Shown here: one piece after another, positions 59,293-64,000 of the stretch
How the letters are laid out: each line of letters begins with the position of its first letter
How positions within the stretch are numbered: position 1 is the stretch's first letter
Origin: Nitrosopumilus sp.
GTDB lineage: Archaea > Thermoproteota > Nitrososphaeria > Nitrososphaerales > Nitrosopumilaceae
Length of the DNA stretch: 64,000 nucleotides
Assembly: GCA_965197525.1 (NCBI GenBank)
Contig: OZ240211.1
Span: 1,696,001-1,760,000 of the forward strand
Reading direction: 5' to 3'
Notes under the pieces: model-generated
What the model was told of the DNA's origin: nothing
What the model saw: only the letters and a program-made list of their open reading frames with translations
The model's database searches: none
Made by a program: the position numbers and the translations under genes

Positions 59293-60663
59293 GTGGCAAA
59301 ATTCTTTGGAACAAACGGAATCCGTGGTGTATTTCCAGACGATCTAACCTTGGAATTTATTCATGATATGACATTGTCCATTGGCACTTTCTTTAAACGA
59401 GGACCGATACTTGTTGGCTATGATGGACGTGAGTCAAGTCCTGCCATGTGCAAAATTGTCACCTCTGCTTTAAATTCCATAGGTATCGACTGTGGCGTTG
59501 CACCCGGGGTTATACCTACACCATGTCTTGAATTTGCAGCAAAAACTTTGGGATACTCTGGAGGATTGATGATTACGGCATCCCATAATCCTCCACAATA
59601 TAACGGAATCAAACCTGCAGCAAGTGATGGAGTTGAAATCTCACGCGAGGACGAACTAGTAATTGAAGACATCTACCTGCAAAAAAATTGGCTCAAATCC
59701 CAACAACAATGGGGCGTCACAAAAGCAGAATCCAGATCCATATCCACATATTTGGAAGGCGTACTATTCCACGTTGATTCGAAATCAATACAATCAAAAC
59801 AGCTTTGCATAGTTTTAGATTTGGGCAATGGCGCCCAGGCAGTCACTGCACCTGATCTATGTAAGATGTTACATTGCAAAACATTTCTCATAAATGAAAG
59901 TATTGATGGTAAATTTCCAGGACGTGGGCCAGAACCAACTCCTGAGAATCTCTCAGAGCTATCAAAAGCTGTAATTAGTCACAAAGCGGATTTGGGAATT
60001 GCATTTGATGGTGATGGAGATCGTAGTATCTTTTGTGATAATAAAGGCAACATACTGACTGGCGACAAGTCTGCATTGTTGCTATCTGATCACATCCTGC
60101 AAAAAAACCCCAACTCCTTGATAGTCACTTGTCTGAACTCTGGATCAAACATCGAAGTCTTGGCAGATTCGTTTCATTCCAAAGTCATTCGTACACGCGT
60201 TGGAAGTGTAGAGGTTTCAAGAAAGATGGTATCAACTGATGCTTTAATCGGATTTGAAGAAAACGGTGGATTTATGTACGGTAGACATAACCCGGTACGA
60301 GATGGATGTATGGCATTGGCATTGATGCTCGAGCTTTTGGCAACAACTGCAAATAAACCGCTATCTGATCATAGCAATGATGTTATTGCACGTTTGCCAT
60401 CGTCGTTTACAACAAAGACCAAGGTTGCATGCCCGCAGAATGTCGTAGTTGATGATGTTATCGCCCTTCTACAAAAAGAGCATCCTGATTCTGACATGTC
60501 TGATGGTATAAAAATTACAATTGATTCTAAAAACTGGGTCATGGTAAGACCCAGCGGCACGGAACCAATTCTTAGAATTTATGCCGAATCAGACAGTCAA
60601 TCCGGATTAGATAATATAATTTCAGAATACACTCAGAAAATCGTTGGCTTCATTTCCAGATAA
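59293..60663 (+). CDS. phosphohexomutase (PMM/PGM/GlmM family)
   Basis: FGTNGIRG, TASHNP, FDGDGDR, GFEENGG, VRPSGTEP. Confidence 0.92.
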   Translation: MAKFFGTNGIRGVFPDDLTLEFIHDMTLSIGTFFKRGPILVGYDGRESSPAMCKIVTSALNSIGIDCGVAPGVIPTPCLEFAAKTLGYSGGLMITASHNPPQYNGIKPAASDGVEISREDELVIEDIYLQKNWLKSQQQWGVTKAESRSISTYLEGVLFHVDSKSIQSKQLCIVLDLGNGAQAVTAPDLCKMLHCKTFLINESIDGKFPGRGPEPTPENLSELSKAVISHKADLGIAFDGDGDRSIFCDNKGNILTGDKSALLLSDHILQKNPNSLIVTCLNSGSNIEVLADSFHSKVIRTRVGSVEVSRKMVSTDALIGFEENGGFMYGRHNPVRDGCMALALMLELLATTANKPLSDHSNDVIARLPSSFTTKTKVACPQNVVVDDVIALLQKEHPDSDMSDGIKITIDSKNWVMVRPSGTEPILRIYAESDSQSGLDNIISEYTQKIVGFISR

Positions 60664-60725
60664 CACTTTTAAAACCAACTACATGGATAATTATAATGGA
60701 GTCTCAACTATTAAAGTGATTAGAT

Positions 60726-61112
60726 ATGGCAAAAGGATATTATGTTAAATTTGCAACTCCTGAAGATCTTGTAAACCCAATTCTCGAGGCAGTTAGAGTC
60801 GCATCAACTAGCGGCAAAGTAAAAAAAGGAACAAATGAAGCAACCAAAGCAATTGAGCGTGGCACAAGCAAATTAATTGTTATAGCTGAAGATGTTGAGC
60901 CTCCTGAGATAGTAGCACACCTCCCAATTCTATGTGAAGAGCAAGGTACTGCATATGCATTTGTACCTAGTAAACAAGAGTTGGGCAATTCATTGGGTAT
61001 TGATATTACTTCTGCGGCTGCTGCAATTTTGGATGCTGGTGATGCACAACACATTATAGATCAGGTTGTATCGACCATTGCTAAAATTAAGGGCGGTAAG
61101 ACTGAACAATGA
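60726..61112 (+). CDS. rpl7ae: ribosomal protein L7Ae
   Basis: [14 protein letters not shown]...[11 protein letters not shown]. Confidence 0.95.
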   Translation: MAKGYYVKFATPEDLVNPILEAVRVASTSGKVKKGTNEATKAIERGTSKLIVIAEDVEPPEIVAHLPILCEEQGTAYAFVPSKQELGNSLGIDITSAAAAILDAGDAQHIIDQVVSTIAKIKGGKTEQ

Positions 61113-61324
61113 GCAGTACAACATCTGAAGAAGTAGTCCAATCTGAAATTATTCAAATTGTTGGCAGAACAGGCATTGCAGGCGAGGTTATTCAAGTTAG
61201 AGTCAAAGTTCTTACTGGTAAGGATAAGGGAAGAATTCTCACAAGGAATGTAAAGGGTTCTGTTAGATTGGGTGAAATTCTCATGCTCAGAGAAACCGAA
61301 CGAGAGGCAAAAAAGATCAAATAG
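61109..61324 (+). CDS. rps28e: ribosomal protein S28e
   Basis: [14 protein letters not shown]...RNVKG...LRETERE. Confidence 0.95.
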   Translation: MSSTTSEEVVQSEIIQIVGRTGIAGEVIQVRVKVLTGKDKGRILTRNVKGSVRLGEILMLRETEREAKKIK

Positions 61325-61342
61325 AGGTAGGTTGTTGTTTTT

Positions 61343-61543
61343 ATGAGTCTTTTAGTTAAACCATGCACTTTTTGTGATAGACCAGTTGCCAAAGGTTCAG
61401 GTACCATGCTTGCCAAAAACGATGGAACTGTGCTCTGGTTTTGTTCTTCTAAATGCAAGAAAAATGCCTTGGTTCTCAGACGTGATCCACGAAAATTAAA
61501 GTGGACCAAAAAATACGTCAAGGGTGGAATTAGGAAGAAATAG
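61343..61543 (+). CDS. rpl24e: ribosomal protein L24e
   Basis: CTFC...G.GTM..KNDG...FCSSKCKKN...WT. Confidence 0.95.
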   Translation: MSLLVKPCTFCDRPVAKGSGTMLAKNDGTVLWFCSSKCKKNALVLRRDPRKLKWTKKYVKGGIRKK

Positions 61544-61549
61544 TAAAAA

Positions 61550-61951
61550 TTGACTGAACAATCATTATTCATTGTAAAGCCCGATGCTGTATCCAGAGGA
61601 TTAGTAGGCCAAATTATATCACGGTTTGAGAATAAGGGATTTAAAATCTTAAAACTAAAAATGCTCACGTTTACGCAAGAACAAGCTGAATCATTTTACG
61701 CCATACACAAAACCAAACCGTTCTTTGACGAACTGATATCATTTATGAGATCAGGTCCTATAGTTGTGGCAGTCATCGAAGGCGATCATGCAATTGCTAC
61801 CACACGTATAATGGTTGGTGCAACAAAATCATTTGAGGCAGCCTCTGGTTCAATAAGGGGTGACTTTGGATTGGATGTAGGCGAGAATATCATTCATGCA
61901 TCAGACTCACAAGAAAGTTTTGAATATGAATCGAGGGTAGCATTTGAGTGA
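61550..61951 (+). CDS. ndk: nucleoside diphosphate kinase
   Basis: IVKPDAV, SIRGDFG, NIIHASDS. Confidence 0.95.
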   Translation: MTEQSLFIVKPDAVSRGLVGQIISRFENKGFKILKLKMLTFTQEQAESFYAIHKTKPFFDELISFMRSGPIVVAVIEGDHAIATTRIMVGATKSFEAASGSIRGDFGLDVGENIIHASDSQESFEYESRVAFE

Positions 61952-61957
61952 TCTGAT

Positions 61958-63742
61958 TTGCATATTCGTCAGCCCATAGTGGCAGTTTTAGGTCATGTAG
62001 ACTCTGGAAAGACGTCCCTTCTTGACCGTATTCGCGGCACAGGTGTTCAAGGCAGGGAAGCGGGAGGAATTACACAGCACATTGGCGCAAGTTTTCTTCC
62101 AACATCTGTAATTCAAGAGACCTGCGGCGTACTGTACAAAAAACTTGAACAGAATTCAGTCAACCAAGTTCCAGGACTGCTAGTCATTGATACGCCAGGC
62201 CACGAGGTATTTACAAATCTTCGTACACGTGGCGGATCTGCTGCTGATATTGCCATTCTTGTAGTCGATGTCAATCGTGGGTTTCAACCTCAGACAAATG
62301 AGAGTTTGTCCATACTTCAGAACAGAAAGGTGCCGTTTGTTGTTGCATTAAACAAATGCGATCAGATATCCGGATGGCGCAAATCAGAGACACAGTTTAT
62401 CTCACAGGCAATAAAAGAGCAGGATGCATCAGTACAAGCTGATTTAGACCAAAAAATTTATGATGTTGTAGGCACCTTGTCGATTTTGGGATACAAGTCA
62501 GAGGCATTCTTTCGTATCAAGGATTTCAAGTCCGAGATTGCCATAGTTCCAATCTCTGCAAGATCTGGTGTTGGTATCCCTGAATTATTAAGCGTACTTG
62601 TGGGTCTGACACAGCAATATCTTCAAAAACGACTAAACCAAGAGGAGAAGGAGCCGCGTGGCATAGTGCTTGAGGTAAAAGACGAGACTGGTATGGGGCA
62701 GACTGCAAACGTCATCTTAATTGACGGCACTATAAAAAGAGAGAATAGTGTTGTTGTTGCAAAGCGTGATACGGTTGTATCTGCGAAACTCAAAGCTATA
62801 CTCCTCCCAAAACCTCTTGATGAGATGCGTGACCCTCGTGACAAGTTTAAACCTGTATCTCAAGTAGATGCAGCAGCAGGCCTGAAACTTGTGTCAAATG
62901 AACTTGACGGTGTTCTCCCTGGGAGTACGTTGTATGTAGCGCAAAATGATTCAGAAGTTCAAAGATTCACAAAACTAATTGAATCAGAGATGAAGTCCGT
63001 ATTTCTTGATACACAGACAACTGGAGTCATTATCAAATGCGACACTATTGGGTCACTTGAGGCAGTAACTGAGATGCTCAAACGTTCTCAGGTTCCCATC
63101 GCCAAGGCAGACATTGGTTTTGTTACTAGGAGAGATGTAATCGATGCTAAAGCAATAAAAGAGAAGGACAGACACCGTGGCGTTATACTGGCCTTTAACG
63201 TAAAGGTGCTCCCTGATGCCAAAGATGAAGCAGAGATGAGTCACATCAAACTCTTTGAGGAAAAGGTGATTTACAACTTGATTGACACATATAACCAATG
63301 GGTGATAGATGACTCTACACATGAAGAAGATGCAATATTTGCAGAATTGACTCCGATATCCAAATTTACTTTTCTCAAAGGGATGGTGTTTCGAAATAAT
63401 AATCCTGCAGTATTTGGCATACATGTGGATGTAGGGACTTTGAGACATAAGATTCCGTTTATGAACATGTCCGGACGCAAAGTAGGTTACATCCATCAAC
63501 TTCAGTTAGATAAAAAGACCGTCTCCTCTGCCCAAGCGGGAGACGAGGTTGCATGTTCTGTCAAGGACGTTACAATTGGAAGACAAATCTATGAAGAAGA
63601 AGTCTACTATACGTTTCCTCCATCGCACGAAGCAAAAGCCTTACTCTCCAAATTCATGCACAAGTTAACATCAGAGGAGCAATTAATCCTGACTGAGATA
63701 GTGCGAATTCAACGAGCAATAGAACCCGTGTATGCTTATTGA
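61958..63742 (+). CDS. infB: translation initiation factor IF-2 (aIF5B)
   Basis: GHVDSGKT, GGITQHIGA, DTPGHE, NKCD. Confidence 0.95.
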   Translation: MHIRQPIVAVLGHVDSGKTSLLDRIRGTGVQGREAGGITQHIGASFLPTSVIQETCGVLYKKLEQNSVNQVPGLLVIDTPGHEVFTNLRTRGGSAADIAILVVDVNRGFQPQTNESLSILQNRKVPFVVALNKCDQISGWRKSETQFISQAIKEQDASVQADLDQKIYDVVGTLSILGYKSEAFFRIKDFKSEIAIVPISARSGVGIPELLSVLVGLTQQYLQKRLNQEEKEPRGIVLEVKDETGMGQTANVILIDGTIKRENSVVVAKRDTVVSAKLKAILLPKPLDEMRDPRDKFKPVSQVDAAAGLKLVSNELDGVLPGSTLYVAQNDSEVQRFTKLIESEMKSVFLDTQTTGVIIKCDTIGSLEAVTEMLKRSQVPIAKADIGFVTRRDVIDAKAIKEKDRHRGVILAFNVKVLPDAKDEAEMSHIKLFEEKVIYNLIDTYNQWVIDDSTHEEDAIFAELTPISKFTFLKGMVFRNNNPAVFGIHVDVGTLRHKIPFMNMSGRKVGYIHQLQLDKKTVSSAQAGDEVACSVKDVTIGRQIYEEEVYYTFPPSHEAKALLSKFMHKLTSEEQLILTEIVRIQRAIEPVYAY

Positions 63743-64000
63743 TTTGAATGCTTTTTACATATCATATGTATTCCGGGCGCCCCTACAGCTCCCATCATCT
63801 TGTCTACTATCTGTCCTGATTTGAACATGATAAATGTAGGAATTGACTGTACTGCAAATCTCTGTGCAATATCTTGGTTTTGGTCTACGTTGACCTTGGC
63901 AAATCTTACGTTTGAGTATTTTTTTGAGAGACTTTCAAATATTGGATGCATGGATTTGCATGGACCGCACCATTCTGCCCAAAAATCTACTAGGGTGGGA
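63736..64000 (-). CDS. thioredoxin (5' end beyond window)
   Basis: Frame extends to the window edge as PTLVDFWAEWCGPCKSMHP. Confidence 0.9.
   Translation of the reverse strand, partial: PTLVDFWAEWCGPCKSMHPIFESLSKKYSNVRFAKVNVDQNQDIAQRFAVQSIPTFIMFKSGQIVDKMMGAVGAPGIHMICKKHSNQ

Overview
Window from an ammonia-oxidising archaeon (Nitrososphaerota, Nitrosopumilaceae). Markers are the 4-hydroxybutyrate-CoA ligase plus 4-hydroxybutyryl-CoA dehydratase pair of the HP/HB cycle, rpl7ae-rps28e-rpl24e-ndk-infB and Lsm-rpl37e. A BspA/DUF285 repeat protein and widespread accessory-gene decay suggest a host-associated lineage (inference). About half the window (~4.6-36.8 kb) is a composite defence island at the 3' end of tRNA-Val(TAC). 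Its first ~13 kb unit is bounded by a 26-bp duplication of the tRNA 3' end. This unit carries an HNH nuclease, IS3, an AbiJ/HEPN-like pseudogene, a DprA + phosphoribosyltransferase pair (ShosTA-like), and an operon of nine translationally coupled small helix-turn-helix proteins ending in a PD-(D/E)xK-like nuclease; that operon is the best candidate for an undescribed system. The second unit restarts with the same HNH module. It then carries an RNase J-like MBL hydrolase, a YwbE-Schlafen fusion, a PLD nuclease, an SF2 helicase, a GHKL ATPase and an archaeal sspABCD-like phosphorothioation cluster with no visible sspE. sspB and the GHKL ATPase are each interrupted by short in-frame insertions carrying stop codons. 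A DUF3800-like gene inside the ssp cluster is followed by a 61-nt three-stem hairpin. From ~36.9 kb onward the window is mostly core genes, two more tRNAs and the BspA array. All family assignments come from motifs read by eye; no database searches were run.
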